Notes: a model not told the origin generated them from the letters alone. Shown: positions 20,864 to 30,710, counted from the stretch's first letter. The stretch is 64,000 nucleotides of DNA from Deltaproteobacteria bacterium (GCA_050258655.1 JBLMZF010000106.1:2669-66668), one strand, 5' to 3'. Made by a program: numbers and translations.

Positions 20864-21713
20864 CGGTCTTTTCTTCGACGATCCCGCGGACCGTCTTCAA
20901 ATTCTTCTTATCTGCGGTCGCCGGCTCCTTGGGCGTCTCAAGGATGAACGGCTTGCCGCTGAACCGCGGGTCCTTAAGAAGCAGCCTGAAACCGTTGAGA
21001 CCGATATTACCTTTACCTATATGGGTATGGATATCGTAGTGGCTGCCGAGCCCGCTGGCGCAGTCGTTCAGATGCACCAGCCCGAGCCGCTCGAACCCCA
21101 CCTGTTCCTCGATCTGGCCGGCCAACCGGTCAAAACCTTCCCTCGTCGCCAGGTCGTACCCGGCGGCGTAGGCGTGGCAGGTGTCGAGACAGACACCGAC
21201 CCTTTCCTTCTGCTCCACCCTGGCGATGATCTTGCGGTGGTGCATGAACTTATACCCGAGCCAGGAGCCCGAGCCAGCGGTGTTCTCAAGCAGCAGTTTG
21301 ACCTTGCAGTCCCGCGTCTTCTCGAGGATGCGGTTGAGCGCCTTAGACACCCGCTGAAAGCCGAAGTTCTCGCCTTTTTTCTTGTGGCTGCCGGAATGAA
21401 GCACCATGTACTCGACGCCCAGCGCCTCAGCTTCCTTGATGTCCTCGATCACGGCGCGGATCGAGCCGTAAAAAAGCTTGCCTTCAGGCGAAGCGAGGTT
21501 GACCAGGTACGGCACGTGCACGAACACAGCGCGGATGCCCGCCGCCTTCCTGCGCTTCCTGAATTCCTCGATATCCGCTGCCTGGATCTTTGTCTTTCGC
21601 CATTGGCGGGGATCGCGGGAGAAGATCTGCATCACGTTGCAGCCGAGCTTCTCGGCCCTCGTGACCGCTTCATACACATGCCCGGCGATCGAGACATGCA
21701 CTCCCAGCAGCAC
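20859..21713 (-). CDS. nfo: endonuclease IV (AP endonuclease, TIM barrel)
   Basis: 284 aa. MLLGVHVSIAG… LENTAGSGSWLG…CLDTCHAYAAGYD… are typical Nfo metal-binding motifs. Confidence 0.9.
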   Translation of the reverse strand: MLLGVHVSIAGHVYEAVTRAEKLGCNVMQIFSRDPRQWRKTKIQAADIEEFRKRRKAAGIRAVFVHVPYLVNLASPEGKLFYGSIRAVIEDIKEAEALGVEYMVLHSGSHKKKGENFGFQRVSKALNRILEKTRDCKVKLLLENTAGSGSWLGYKFMHHRKIIARVEQKERVGVCLDTCHAYAAGYDLATREGFDRLAGQIEEQVGFERLGLVHLNDCASGLGSHYDIHTHIGKGNIGLNGFRLLLKDPRFSGKPFILETPKEPATADKKNLKTVRGIVEEKTG

Positions 21714-22300
21714 TAGGCTACGCCTCCTGAGAGGGAAAGGAGCTTATTGAGCGCCCATTCCACTTTCTCGGGCCCCAGGTCCTGCTCAAGCGGGCCTGCG
21801 GGTTTCCCCAGCCAGAGACCCTGCTTGTTCATCAGGAACGATTCAAAACCCTGGGCGAAAAGTTCCTTGAGCGTGTTCTTTGCGGAGGGATTAAGGAAAT
21901 TGACGGCCATCATCGGCCGGTCGGAATAGATGATGAACTGGCTGTCGAAAAAGGGGTCGTTGATGCGGGCCTGGCGGACGATGGAGATCTCTCCCAGGGG
22001 ACCGCGCGCCCCCTGCTTATAGACGCGCAGCATGAAAGAGGCCGGTCTACACAACCGGAAGACCAGCAGCGCGGGAGAACTCTTCCCCCCGCCGGCCATA
22101 TGGACCGAGAAATCGATGTCGCGGAACTTTCCCCGCATCGAATCCGCCAGAAGCCCGGCCTTGCCCTTATATTTAAGAGCAAGGGCCTTGAAGAACTTGC
22201 GCGCGGGGTCCTGAAAGATATGCAGGATAACCACCAGTATGGCCAGGCACAGGAAGACGACGAGGACGACGCCTACCTGTAGTATGAGCGGATCATTCAT
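21713..22300 (-). CDS. hypothetical membrane-anchored protein
   Basis: 195 aa with a single N-terminal TM (LILQVGVVLVVFLCLAILVVILHIF). No recognisable motif. Coding likelihood rests on length and codon usage only. Confidence 0.45.
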   Translation of the reverse strand: MNDPLILQVGVVLVVFLCLAILVVILHIFQDPARKFFKALALKYKGKAGLLADSMRGKFRDIDFSVHMAGGGKSSPALLVFRLCRPASFMLRVYKQGARGPLGEISIVRQARINDPFFDSQFIIYSDRPMMAVNFLNPSAKNTLKELFAQGFESFLMNKQGLWLGKPAGPLEQDLGPEKVEWALNKLLSLSGGVA

Positions 22301-22361
22301 GTGGGTCCAGAGTTACCGGAGGGAGGACAAGGGCACATGCCGTGCCCGTTACGGGGAAATT

Positions 22362-22437
<76 letters not shown>

Positions 22438-22454
22438 ATGAGATCTTTTCGCCG

Positions 22455-22856
22455 CTATCCTGTCTGGTCCAGGTACTTAGAAAGAAGCTGCCAGGTGCGG
22501 CTTCCGATGACCCCGTCGGGAGTGAGGCCGTTGGCGGACTGGAACTTCTTGATGGCATCCTTCGTCTTTGAGCCTATCTGGCCGTCGATGGTGCCCTGAT
22601 AATAGCCCGCCTTCTTGAGCGCAAGCTGTATTTCCTTGCCGTTTGGCATCCGGACTTCCTTCTTCCCGGATATCGCCAGCTGCTGGCGCAGTGCGGCATT
22701 CTCATCCTGCGACTGCTTGAGCTGGGTCTCCAGCGCGGTTATCCTGTCCTGCAGCTGCTGTGAATCAGGTTTCGGTGCCCCGGTGGGGGCGGTCGTCGCA
22801 CATCCTGACAGAGCCAGGACAAGTAAGGAAATCAACGCATATTGCCTCAATCCCAT
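22455..22856 (-). CDS. lipoprotein with coiled-coil and peptidoglycan-binding (PG_binding_1-like) domain
   Basis: Lipobox LALSGC. Coiled-coil QQLQDRITALETQLKQSQDENAALRQQL. C-terminal …GYYQGTIDGQIGSKTKDAIKKFQSANGLTPDGVIGSRTW is typical of the PG-binding domain. Confidence 0.7.
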   Translation of the reverse strand: MGLRQYALISLLVLALSGCATTAPTGAPKPDSQQLQDRITALETQLKQSQDENAALRQQLAISGKKEVRMPNGKEIQLALKKAGYYQGTIDGQIGSKTKDAIKKFQSANGLTPDGVIGSRTWQLLSKYLDQTG

Positions 22857-22907
22857 TTCTTCCCTCCGTTTGGAAATTTTGATTTATTATAGCCTATATT
22901 TAGTGAA

Positions 22908-22936
22908 TTGACAAACAGGTTTTTCAAAGGTATAGT
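22908..22936 (+). promoter_or_regulatory. sigma70-like promoter for tRNA-Leu (TTGACA-N17-TATAGT)
   Basis: TTGACA at 22908-22913, 17-nt spacer, TATAGT at 22931-22936. It lies in an AT-rich tract about 120 nt upstream of the tRNA-Leu 5' end. Confidence 0.6.
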
Positions 22937-23054
22937 TTAAATAATTCCTTTGCCGCACGCGAGTGCGGCGTCCGCTTTGCCGTACCTAGCGGTACGGCCA
23001 GTTCTTCGCCGCCCCCGGCGCTTAATTGGAATAGCGCCGGGACGGCTTCCGTAA

Positions 23055-23137
23055 GCCGGGGTGTCGGAATGGCAGACGAGTCGGTCTCAAAAACCGATGT
23101 CCGAAAGGGCGTGAGGGTTCAACTCCCTCCCCCGGCA
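23055..23137 (+). tRNA. tRNA-Leu (anticodon CAA), type II with long variable arm
   Basis: GCCGGGGTGTCGGAATGGCAGACGAGTCGGTCTCAAAAACCGATGTCCGAAAGGGCGTGAGGGTTCAACTCCCTCCCCCGGCA. Acceptor 7 bp. 3-bp D stem. Anticodon stem TCGGT/ACCGA with loop CT-CAA-AA. Long variable arm. T-loop GTTCAAC. CCA not encoded. Confidence 0.85.
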
Positions 23138-23200
23138 TGAATTTTCCCTCTATTACTGTCAGAAAATCACCCCCGCCAATTGCGAGGAGATCCTAAAAGG

Positions 23201-23317
23201 ATCGACGACGCGCGTAATTGGCGGGGTAAATTTTCCCCGCAAGAAATCGACGAAGCGCTTAACTGACGGGGTATTTATTTCGCTTGGCCCTCGACGAAGC
23301 GCTTCTTTTATTTCGCC
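23201..23317. repeat. imperfect tandem direct repeat of about 44 bp, 2.7 copies (atcgacgaMgcgcKt…acggggta…tttcgc)
   Basis: Copies at 23201-23240, 23245-23283 and 23290-23317. The last runs into the 3' end of the SGNH hydrolase gene. Preceded by the palindrome gatcctaaaaggatc (23189-23203). Confidence 0.6.
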
Positions 23318-23982
23318 TGTTTTTCCTGCTTGACGGCCGCGGCCCTGGCCTTGCGGAGCATCGCGTTCTGGTTCAGGTAGGGTATGATGCCCCGGTAGAT
23401 GCGGTAGGCGATGATCTTGTAGCCTTTACCGTTGGGATGGATCGGGTCGCTCTTGAGATCGGGATTGGTGATGATGCCGTCGAGCAGGTGCGGGATGAGG
23501 ATCACGCCGTACTTCCTGCTCATCTTCCTGAACTCCGCCCCGTACTGCTCCATGAAAAAACTGGTGCTGATATCCGCCAGCGCCACCATCACGCCTTGCT
23601 TCTGCAGGACCTGGATCATCTGTTCGACATTGGCGAAAGTCTCTGCCGAAGGCGTCTTGCCGAGGAAATCGTTCCCCCCGAACTCGATGATCACGATCAA
23701 CGGGTCGCGTTCGAGGACATCCGTCTTCAGCCTCTTGAGGGCTTCGCCGGTCGTGTCGCTGTTTATGCCGGCGTTGATGACATGCAGCCTGGTCATCGAT
23801 GCCAGCAGCGACGGGTAATCCATTCCCGGCCCGGAACCTTTGCCGTGAGTGATGCTGTCACCGAAGCAAATGATGTTGTTCCCCTGCGACTCAAGGTTGG
23901 CGATGTTGCTTTTCGTGCAGCCCCCGATCAGGGAAAAAGCGGTAACGGCGGCGATTATGGGAAGGACGATCTTTTTCATCAC
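23308..23982 (-). CDS. SGNH/GDSL hydrolase lipoprotein (TesA-like esterase)
   Basis: Lipobox LIGGC. GDSL block NIICFGDSITHGKG. Block III GGNDF. C-terminal DPIHPN catalytic His region. Confidence 0.8.
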   Translation of the reverse strand: MMKKIVLPIIAAVTAFSLIGGCTKSNIANLESQGNNIICFGDSITHGKGSGPGMDYPSLLASMTRLHVINAGINSDTTGEALKRLKTDVLERDPLIVIIEFGGNDFLGKTPSAETFANVEQMIQVLQKQGVMVALADISTSFFMEQYGAEFRKMSRKYGVILIPHLLDGIITNPDLKSDPIHPNGKGYKIIAYRIYRGIIPYLNQNAMLRKARAAAVKQEKQAK

Positions 23983-23989
23983 TCGTATA

Positions 23990-25057
23990 CTATAATCTCA
24001 AATCCCCGTCTATGCCAGATTTTTTTTCGTATCGCAGCCTCAGCTGGCCGCACGCCGCGTCGATATCCTGGCCGCGCGGGGTCCTCACCGTGACCTGGAC
24101 CCCGGCATTCTCCAGATCATCCCTGAACGCCGCCACTTTTTTCCGGTCAGGGGCTTTCCACTGTTGTCCCAGCGCTTTGTCCAGGACCGGATTGAACGGT
24201 ATCAGGTTGACCTTGCTGATGAACCCCCGCATCAAAGCGGTCAATTTTTTCGCGTCGTCGGCACCGGCGTTAAGCCCTTCGATGAGGATGTACTCGAACG
24301 TCACCTGCCGTTTGGTCTTCTCCGCGTACTCCTGACAGACCGGGATAAGCTCACCCAGAGGATACCGCTTGTTCACCGGCATTATCTTGTCCCTCGTCTT
24401 ATCGTCTGCGGCATGGAGCGAGATGGAAAGCTCGATCTGCAGGCCCTCTTCCGCCAGCTTCTTTATCCCAGGGACGATCCCGCATGTCGAAATGGTTATC
24501 CTGCGGGCGCCGATGCCGAAAGCGTCCGGCGAATTGATCAGCCTGACCGCGTCCATCACGTTGTCATAATTGTCCAGCGGCTCGCCGGTACCCATGAAGA
24601 CCACGTGCGAGACGTCCTTGTCTTTCCCGCAGTCCTTTACCAGCAGGAGCTCCCCGGCCATCTCGCCGGCCGAAAGGTCCCGCCTGTAGCCCAGCTTCCC
24701 GCTGGCGCAGAAAACGCAGGCATATTTGCACCCTGCCTGACTGGAGATGCAGGCGGTCATCCGCTTCTCCGTCGGTATCGCGACCGCTTCAATGAACGCA
24801 CCCTCGCCGAGCCTGATAAGGAGCTTTTGCGTACCGTCCTTCGACCGCTGGACCGTCTCCACTCCCAGCCCGGTGACCCGGAACTTCTCCTTGAGCTGCT
24901 GCCGCAGGAATGCTGGAAGATCGCTCATCCCGTCGAAATCGAGCGCACCCTTCTTGTAGATCCAGGAAAAGACCTGCCGCGCGCGGAACGCCGGCTGCCC
25001 CAGGTCCTTGAACGTCCGCTCCAGTTCCTTGAGTCCCAGTCCGACTATGTCTTTCAT
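23990..25057 (-). CDS. rlmN: 23S rRNA/tRNA adenine-C2 methyltransferase RlmN (radical SAM)
   Basis: 355 aa. Radical-SAM cluster motif SQAGCKYACVFCASG (Cx3Cx2C). RlmN-type N- and C-terminal regions. Confidence 0.9.
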   Translation of the reverse strand: MKDIVGLGLKELERTFKDLGQPAFRARQVFSWIYKKGALDFDGMSDLPAFLRQQLKEKFRVTGLGVETVQRSKDGTQKLLIRLGEGAFIEAVAIPTEKRMTACISSQAGCKYACVFCASGKLGYRRDLSAGEMAGELLLVKDCGKDKDVSHVVFMGTGEPLDNYDNVMDAVRLINSPDAFGIGARRITISTCGIVPGIKKLAEEGLQIELSISLHAADDKTRDKIMPVNKRYPLGELIPVCQEYAEKTKRQVTFEYILIEGLNAGADDAKKLTALMRGFISKVNLIPFNPVLDKALGQQWKAPDRKKVAAFRDDLENAGVQVTVRTPRGQDIDAACGQLRLRYEKKSGIDGDLRL

Positions 25058-26373
25058 TGCTCCTTCTCCCCGCGGACATCCTGGGCCGCGCCGATAAAAG
25101 GATTGAAACCGAGGACGCTGTAGAAAAGGTCCCGGCTCGATATCTCCTCCGCCTTGCGCACTTCCTTTATCTTCGTCAGGAGGAACCCGGCCACGAGGAA
25201 GCGCAGCGTACCGGCGATAAGGAAAAGGCTGAGCAGCTTGTAGCCGAACAGCGGCGGCATAAAGCCGACCGCGCAGCCTCCGGAGATAGCTCCCAGGAAC
25301 GTGGCGATGCCGGCGAAGACGTTAAAGTAGGCGATACAGCGCGTGCGCTTGCCCGCTGTGACCGCGTCATAGATGAAGTTGCTTACGCAGAGGTTGAAGC
25401 CGGCCCAGGCGAAGCCGGAGAGCACCTGCGCGAAAAGCAGGAACGCGGGATGCCGGTTGAGGACCCAGAGTATCGGGAGGCTGGCGATGAAGAACGAGGT
25501 GAACCTGATGATGCGCAGGTTCCCCACCTTGTCGGCGAACCTCCCCCACCGGTTGATCGTGGCGATGCTGGTCACTGTCACGGAGGCATTGAGGAAGAAG
25601 TACGTGAGGTAGTTGAACTTGAGGTCGCGCAGCATGAAGACCGAGAAGAACGGCGCCGCGAAGTTGACCGCGAAATGGAAGCAGGCGATGAAGACGACGA
25701 ACTTGGCGTAGTTGGAATGGCGGAAGCGCGCCAGGAAACGGTACATGCTGAAATAGTTCTCGTGCTTGACCACGTATTTCGGCTCGTACATCCGGTTCAG
25801 GAAGAACCAGGAGACCACGCGCGAGAGGAACGCCACCGACAGGATGATCCCGAACGCCAGCTGCTGGCGGCCATGGAGGGAGAAAAGGATCGCGCCCGAG
25901 ACGAACGAGAAGGTGATCGTGACGACGTTCATGACCCGCGAACGCCAGCCGAAATACCTGCCGCGCATCCCGGTCGGCACGTACTCCGAAATAAGGCTCG
26001 ACCAGGCGGGAGTGGCCAGGGCGGAAAAACCGTTGAACAGGGCGACAAAGACTATCAACGCGGTGACGCCGTCGCCGGGGAAAAGGTACGGGATCAGCAT
26101 CATCGGCAGGAGCATCAGCGCCTGCAGGTAGACGAACCCGACCACCATCTTCTTGCGGCTCTTCACCCGCTCGGTGATGTCAGGCGCCTTGAGCTGCACG
26201 ATCGAGGAGACCAGGCTTGTCGCCGCGGTCAGGTACCCGATCTGTTGTGTCGACGCCTTAAGCCACAGGGCGTACGGCGTGACATAGTCCGCGATCAGGC
26301 CATTCATGATGGAACAGAAAAACCCGTCCCAGAAAGACGCCCGCAGGCTGTTCTTGATCCTGTTCGTTTTCAT
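25054..26373 (-). CDS. MFS transporter
   Basis: 439 aa, about 12 predicted TM helices. Internal duplication typical of MFS. Confidence 0.8.
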   Translation of the reverse strand: MKTNRIKNSLRASFWDGFFCSIMNGLIADYVTPYALWLKASTQQIGYLTAATSLVSSIVQLKAPDITERVKSRKKMVVGFVYLQALMLLPMMLIPYLFPGDGVTALIVFVALFNGFSALATPAWSSLISEYVPTGMRGRYFGWRSRVMNVVTITFSFVSGAILFSLHGRQQLAFGIILSVAFLSRVVSWFFLNRMYEPKYVVKHENYFSMYRFLARFRHSNYAKFVVFIACFHFAVNFAAPFFSVFMLRDLKFNYLTYFFLNASVTVTSIATINRWGRFADKVGNLRIIRFTSFFIASLPILWVLNRHPAFLLFAQVLSGFAWAGFNLCVSNFIYDAVTAGKRTRCIAYFNVFAGIATFLGAISGGCAVGFMPPLFGYKLLSLFLIAGTLRFLVAGFLLTKIKEVRKAEEISSRDLFYSVLGFNPFIGAAQDVRGEKEQ

Positions 26374-26398
26374 AGGGGGAACAAAAACCTATTTCGGG

Positions 26399-27022
26399 TT
26401 ATTTTTTACGGAGACAGCGTTTAAGCTCGCGATCGAGCGCGTCGAGCCCCTGCCGGTTGAAAAGCCGGGCAAGGGCGAACACCCGCACCGCTTCCTCGAG
26501 GATCTCCACCCGCTCCAGCGCCTGGCCGAGCGTGGCGGCTTTCGAGAAGACGCCATGGTTGCGGATCACGGTAAGAGGGTTGCGCCGAAGGGCTTCGATG
26601 ACCGGCTTCGGGTCGGTCACGGTCAGGCTCTTCTGCCTGACGACCGGCACGTCGCCCAGATAATACCGCGATTCGAAGGTCAGGTAGCGCAGCCGCGGGT
26701 AAAGGCAGAAATACGCGTTGATGAACGACGGGTGGCAGTGGACGACGGCCCCGGTATCCGGGAACGAAAGATAGATAAGACGATGGAGCGGGGATTCGGA
26801 GCTCGGTTTCCGCGGGCCCGCGGTCTTGCCCGAGGCCAGGTCGATGATAACGATATCGGAAGGAGAAAGTTTTCCCAGCCTGCTGCCCGTCGCGGTGATC
26901 AGGGCCCGCTTACTGTCCAGCCGGCAGCTCAGATTGCCGGCTGCGGCCGTCACCAGCCCCATGCCGGCAAGCTTCTTCCCGGTGGCGATGATACCTTTGA
27001 TGAGTCGTTCCCTGTCGGGCAT
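26399..27022 (-). CDS. class II aldolase/adducin-family protein
   Basis: 207 aa. GLVTAAAGNLSCR… metal-binding His cluster (…VVHCHPSF…RNHGVF…) is typical of the fuculose-phosphate aldolase / MTRu-1-P dehydratase fold. Confidence 0.8.
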   Translation of the reverse strand: MPDRERLIKGIIATGKKLAGMGLVTAAAGNLSCRLDSKRALITATGSRLGKLSPSDIVIIDLASGKTAGPRKPSSESPLHRLIYLSFPDTGAVVHCHPSFINAYFCLYPRLRYLTFESRYYLGDVPVVRQKSLTVTDPKPVIEALRRNPLTVIRNHGVFSKAATLGQALERVEILEEAVRVFALARLFNRQGLDALDRELKRCLRKK

Positions 27023-27025
27023 GCG

Positions 27026-27289
27026 TTAGAAGCAGGCGTTGACGAGCTTTGTCTTGACTCCCTTGATCTTGTTCAACGACGCCGCCAGTTTCTTGTGCTG
27101 GCGCGTGTCACCGACGAGCTCGAGGACGATCAGCCCCGCGTTGGAGCATTTGCTGCCGGCATCGTGGAGACCCAGGCGCGTCCTGATGACGCAGCCGAAA
27201 TCAGTGAAGACCGACTGAACGCAGGTGGCAGTATCGCGCCTTTTAGGCTGCAGAACCAGCAAGATCGCCTTGCACGTGATCCCGTCCAT
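27026..27289 (-). CDS. small NikR-C-like regulatory domain protein (TM1266-type putative iron-only hydrogenase system regulator family)
   Basis: 87 aa. The pattern AILLVLQ…GLIVLELVGDT…LAASLNKIKGVKTKLV matches my memory of that family's conserved blocks. I cannot confirm this without a search. Confidence 0.5.
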   Translation of the reverse strand: MDGITCKAILLVLQPKRRDTATCVQSVFTDFGCVIRTRLGLHDAGSKCSNAGLIVLELVGDTRQHKKLAASLNKIKGVKTKLVNACF

Positions 27290-27427
27290 ACCTTCTCCTT
27301 TTTTTGGGGGAGGTCAGGTTTATTATAGCAGAATAGCAAAGCCGAATCTATAGGTAATCCTGGTGACGGGTTCCCTCGGGACACTCCTGAAGGAATGTCC
27401 CTCGTTAACCCGTCCCCGGTACGTCCC

Positions 27428-28423
27428 TCAATGACCCGTCCCCTCCACGCCGCGCTGCGGCTGCAGCGTACAGAATTCCTCTACGAGCGCGACCATCTCG
27501 TCGCGCTTCTTGATATGGCTGACCTTCTCGCGGACAGGGCGCACACCGCGGAAACCCCTGGTGTACCAGCCGAAGAACTTGCGGAAAAGGATGACCGCCG
27601 TCTTTTCACCGTAGAAATCCGCGGTCGCGTCGAGGTGCTCGACCATCACCCTGCCGATCTCATGGGCATCGGGCCGGGGAGGAACGGGCTCGCCTTTGAA
27701 ATGCGCGTCCAGTTCCCTGAAGATCCAGGGATTCCCCAGCGAACCCCGCGCGACCGTCACTCCGTCGCATCCCGTCTCGTCGAACATCTTTTTCGCCAGT
27801 TCAGGCGAGAAGATATCCCCGCTTCCGATCACCGGTATGGACAGGGCCTTCTTCACGTCGCGGATGACCGTGTAATCGACTTTCCCGGCGTACAGCTGCA
27901 TCTTCGTCCTGCCGTGGATGAACACCGCTTTGACCCCGGCCTCCTGGCAGCGCAGCGCGACCTCGCGCGCGTTCACCGAGTCCTTGTCCCAGCCGGCGCG
28001 TATCTTCACCGTCACCGGAAGCTTCGTGTTCTTCACGACCAGCTTGAGCAGGCGCTGGAGCTTGACCGGGTCCTTGAGCAGGCTCGAGCCTTCCCCCCTG
28101 CGCGTCACCTTCTTTTCCGGGCAGGCGGCGTTGAAATCGAGCAGGTCGAAATCGTAGCGGCTCAGCACATCCAGCCCGCGCTCGATGAACGCCGGTTCGC
28201 ATCCCAGTATCTGCACGCCCAGCGGCCGGTCCTTACCCTCGGACTGGAGCATACCTTTGGTCTTGCGGCTCTTATGGCTCAGGCAGCGCACGTTGATCAT
28301 CTCGACGAACGCGAACGGACAGCCGAAACGGCGGTTGAGCAGCCGGTAAGGCAGGTCGGTTATGCCGGCCAGCGGAGCGAGCATGAAACGGGAATCCAGT
28401 TTTAGCGGTCCAATTTTCAGCAT
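27428..28423 (-). CDS. dusB: tRNA-dihydrouridine synthase (DusB-like)
   Basis: 331 aa TIM-barrel flavoenzyme: MLAPLAGITDLPYR…GVQILG…DLLDFNAACP…VTVKIRAGWD…HGRTK…IGSGDI…. Confidence 0.85.
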   Translation of the reverse strand: MLKIGPLKLDSRFMLAPLAGITDLPYRLLNRRFGCPFAFVEMINVRCLSHKSRKTKGMLQSEGKDRPLGVQILGCEPAFIERGLDVLSRYDFDLLDFNAACPEKKVTRRGEGSSLLKDPVKLQRLLKLVVKNTKLPVTVKIRAGWDKDSVNAREVALRCQEAGVKAVFIHGRTKMQLYAGKVDYTVIRDVKKALSIPVIGSGDIFSPELAKKMFDETGCDGVTVARGSLGNPWIFRELDAHFKGEPVPPRPDAHEIGRVMVEHLDATADFYGEKTAVILFRKFFGWYTRGFRGVRPVREKVSHIKKRDEMVALVEEFCTLQPQRGVEGTGH

Positions 28424-28454
28424 GTGGCAGGAAAGGTCCGGGGAAAGGATGGAA

Positions 28455-29408
28455 TTACTGCTCCAGGAAGACTCCCATCTTCCGGAATTTCTCGTATCTG
28501 AGTTTCAGCAGGTCCTCAGGCTTGAGCACCGTAAGGTCCTTGAGCCCGCGCTTGAGCGCGTCCCTGATCGCTTCGGCGGCCTTTTGGGGTTCGCGGTGGG
28601 CGCCTCCCATCGGCTCGGGGATCACCTCGTCGATGATCCCCAGCTTGAGCAGGTCCTGCCCGGTGAGCTTGAGCACTTCGGCGGCGGTGGATGCCTTGGC
28701 ACTGCTTTTCCAGAGGATCGCCGCGCACCCTTCAGGCGAGATGACGGAATAATAAGAGTTCTCCATGACCATGACACGGTCGGTCACGCCGATACCCAAC
28801 GCGCCGCCAGACCCGCCTTCGCCGATCACGGTGGCGATCATCGGGACGGATACGGCCATCATCTCGCGGAGGTTGAACGCGATCGCCTGCGCTTGGCCGC
28901 GCTCCTCGGCCCCGATGCCGGGATAGGCGCCGGGCGTATCGATGAAGATGATAACGGGAAGGCTGAACTTCTCGGCCATCTGCATCAGCCTGAGCGCCTT
29001 GCGGTATCCCTCGGGATGGGCGCACCCGAAATTCCTGCTCAGGTTATCCTTGAGGTCCCGCCCCTTCTGGTGGCCCATCACCACGACCTTGCGGTCGCCG
29101 AACATCGCCAGGCCGCCGATCAGCGCCTTGTCGTCGGAATAGAGCCTGTCGCCGTGCAGCTCGGTGAAATCGGTGAAGAGCATGCGGATGTAATCGAGCG
29201 TGTACGGCCGCTGGGGATGGCGCGCGATCTGCACGCGCTGCCAGGGCGTCAGCCGCGAATAGATCTCCTTCTTGAGCGCATCAAGCTTGTCCTCGAGCCT
29301 CTTCACTTCGGTGGAAAGGTCGATCTTCTTATCGGCCGTGAAGCTTTTGAGCTCCTCTATCTTCTTCTCAAGCTCTATGATGGGTTTTTCGAAATCGAGA
29401 CCAGCCAT
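28455..29408 (-). CDS. accA: acetyl-CoA carboxylase carboxyltransferase alpha subunit
   Basis: 317 aa. [20 protein letters not shown]…[15 protein letters not shown]…[11 protein letters not shown]… is canonical AccA. Confidence 0.95.
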   Translation of the reverse strand: MAGLDFEKPIIELEKKIEELKSFTADKKIDLSTEVKRLEDKLDALKKEIYSRLTPWQRVQIARHPQRPYTLDYIRMLFTDFTELHGDRLYSDDKALIGGLAMFGDRKVVVMGHQKGRDLKDNLSRNFGCAHPEGYRKALRLMQMAEKFSLPVIIFIDTPGAYPGIGAEERGQAQAIAFNLREMMAVSVPMIATVIGEGGSGGALGIGVTDRVMVMENSYYSVISPEGCAAILWKSSAKASTAAEVLKLTGQDLLKLGIIDEVIPEPMGGAHREPQKAAEAIRDALKRGLKDLTVLKPEDLLKLRYEKFRKMGVFLEQ

Positions 29409-29441
29409 TAGGCGTTATCCATTCCTTATATTTTCGGCAGT

Positions 29442-30245
29442 TTAGTTGACGATAGTGACTTCGGTGCCCTGAGGGACGATCGAGTAAAGCTCCTCCACGT
29501 CCCTGTTCGACATGCGCACGCAGCCGGCCGTGGCCTGTTTCCCCAGGCTGTCCGGAAGCGTCGTGCCGTGGATGCCATACCCCTCCTTGTCGAAACCCAT
29601 CCAACGGGTGCCGAGGATGTTCTCGGGGCTGGACGCGGGGATGGCCTTATTGTCCTTGTACCAGGTGGGGTTGGTGATCTTCTCGATGATCCTGAACGTG
29701 CCCACGGGCGTGCAGTTGTCGTGGCCCGTGGCGACGGTATAGGTCTTCATCACTTCCTCGTCGCACTTGAGCAGCAGCGTGTTCTCGGACTTGTCTACGA
29801 GGATCGTGAAGGGCGCGTTCCACACCTTGAGCCTCATGCCCGGATAGATGCGGTCGGCGGAGACGTTGTTGGCTTTGCGGATCAGCTCCACGGTCGTCTT
29901 ATGGTCGCGCGCTATCTTCTCAAGGGAATCCCCGGCCATGACAACGTACTCGATGCTCCTGGGGGTCATGATCGGCGAGAAAAGGAGCTCTATATTGAGC
30001 TGTTCAGCCTTACGCTGCCACTGGATCACGTCCCTGTTATTAGGCTGGTCGGAGACAAGCTTCTGATACGCGGCCTTTGCCGCCAGCAGCTTGCCCTGGG
30101 CCTCGAGCCCCGCCGCTTCCGCCGCCGGGCCGGTCACCGGCGCCCGGGAAGGAGCCGAGCCGTGCGCGCCGAGCAAAAGGCGCAGGATGACAGCGAAAAG
30201 GATACCGCATACCGCGGCGATGATGATAAAGTTCTTCTTGTTCAC
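29442..30245 (-). CDS. LysM-domain L,D-transpeptidase (YkuD family)
   Basis: TM/signal anchor. LysM (YVVMAGDSLEKIARDHKTTVELIRKANNV…). YkuD catalytic region with HGT…AGCVRMSN. Confidence 0.8.
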   Translation of the reverse strand: MNKKNFIIIAAVCGILFAVILRLLLGAHGSAPSRAPVTGPAAEAAGLEAQGKLLAAKAAYQKLVSDQPNNRDVIQWQRKAEQLNIELLFSPIMTPRSIEYVVMAGDSLEKIARDHKTTVELIRKANNVSADRIYPGMRLKVWNAPFTILVDKSENTLLLKCDEEVMKTYTVATGHDNCTPVGTFRIIEKITNPTWYKDNKAIPASSPENILGTRWMGFDKEGYGIHGTTLPDSLGKQATAGCVRMSNRDVEELYSIVPQGTEVTIVN

Positions 30246-30260
30246 GGATGTCTCCTCGGC

Positions 30261-30707
30261 CTACTGTGCGACGATAGCGATAGCAACCCCGAGCACGAAA
30301 CCGGCAATGACCTCGATCGGCGTGTGCCCGATAAGCTCCCTGAGCCGGCCTTCCTTGATCTTACCCTGCCAGTAAATGTCGTCCATGATGCGGTTGAGTA
30401 TCTGGGCCTGGCGCCCGGACGCCCTCCTGACCCCCTGCGCGTCGAACATGACCACGATCGCGAAGGACGCGGCCAGCGCGAAATGGACGCTGTCGAAACC
30501 GTAACTGAGGCCTATCGCGGTGGCAAGGCAGCTGGCGCCGGCGGTGTGGCTTGAAGGCATGCCGCCTGTCCCCACAAACCAGCGGAAATCGAACCGCCTC
30601 TGCCTGATCACGCCGATGATCACTTTGATCGTCTGCGCGATGACCCAGGCGGAAAGCGTGGTGATGAATATCTTGTTGTGATACAGCTCGGTGAGTATGT
30701 CTCTCAT
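30261..30707 (-). CDS. divergent PAP2-family membrane protein (YuiD/DUF212-like)
   Basis: 148 aa, 4 TM. GGMPSSHTAGASCLATAIG and …GHTPIEVIAGFVLG… blocks. Confidence 0.7.
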   Translation of the reverse strand: MRDILTELYHNKIFITTLSAWVIAQTIKVIIGVIRQRRFDFRWFVGTGGMPSSHTAGASCLATAIGLSYGFDSVHFALAASFAIVVMFDAQGVRRASGRQAQILNRIMDDIYWQGKIKEGRLRELIGHTPIEVIAGFVLGVAIAIVAQ

Positions 30708-30710
30708 TGA

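Noticed and set aside
23201-23317. Possible CRISPR array at the tandem repeats near tRNA-Leu
   Set aside because: Only about 2.7 imperfect copies. There are no regular unique spacers. The repeats are not palindromic in the CRISPR manner, and no cas genes are in the window.
27361-27440. Short direct repeat gtccctcNNNNacccgtcccc (two copies) and a partial inverted copy at the 3' end of dusB
   Set aside because: Only two short copies overlapping a coding 3' end. Most likely chance or a weak terminator, not a defined element.
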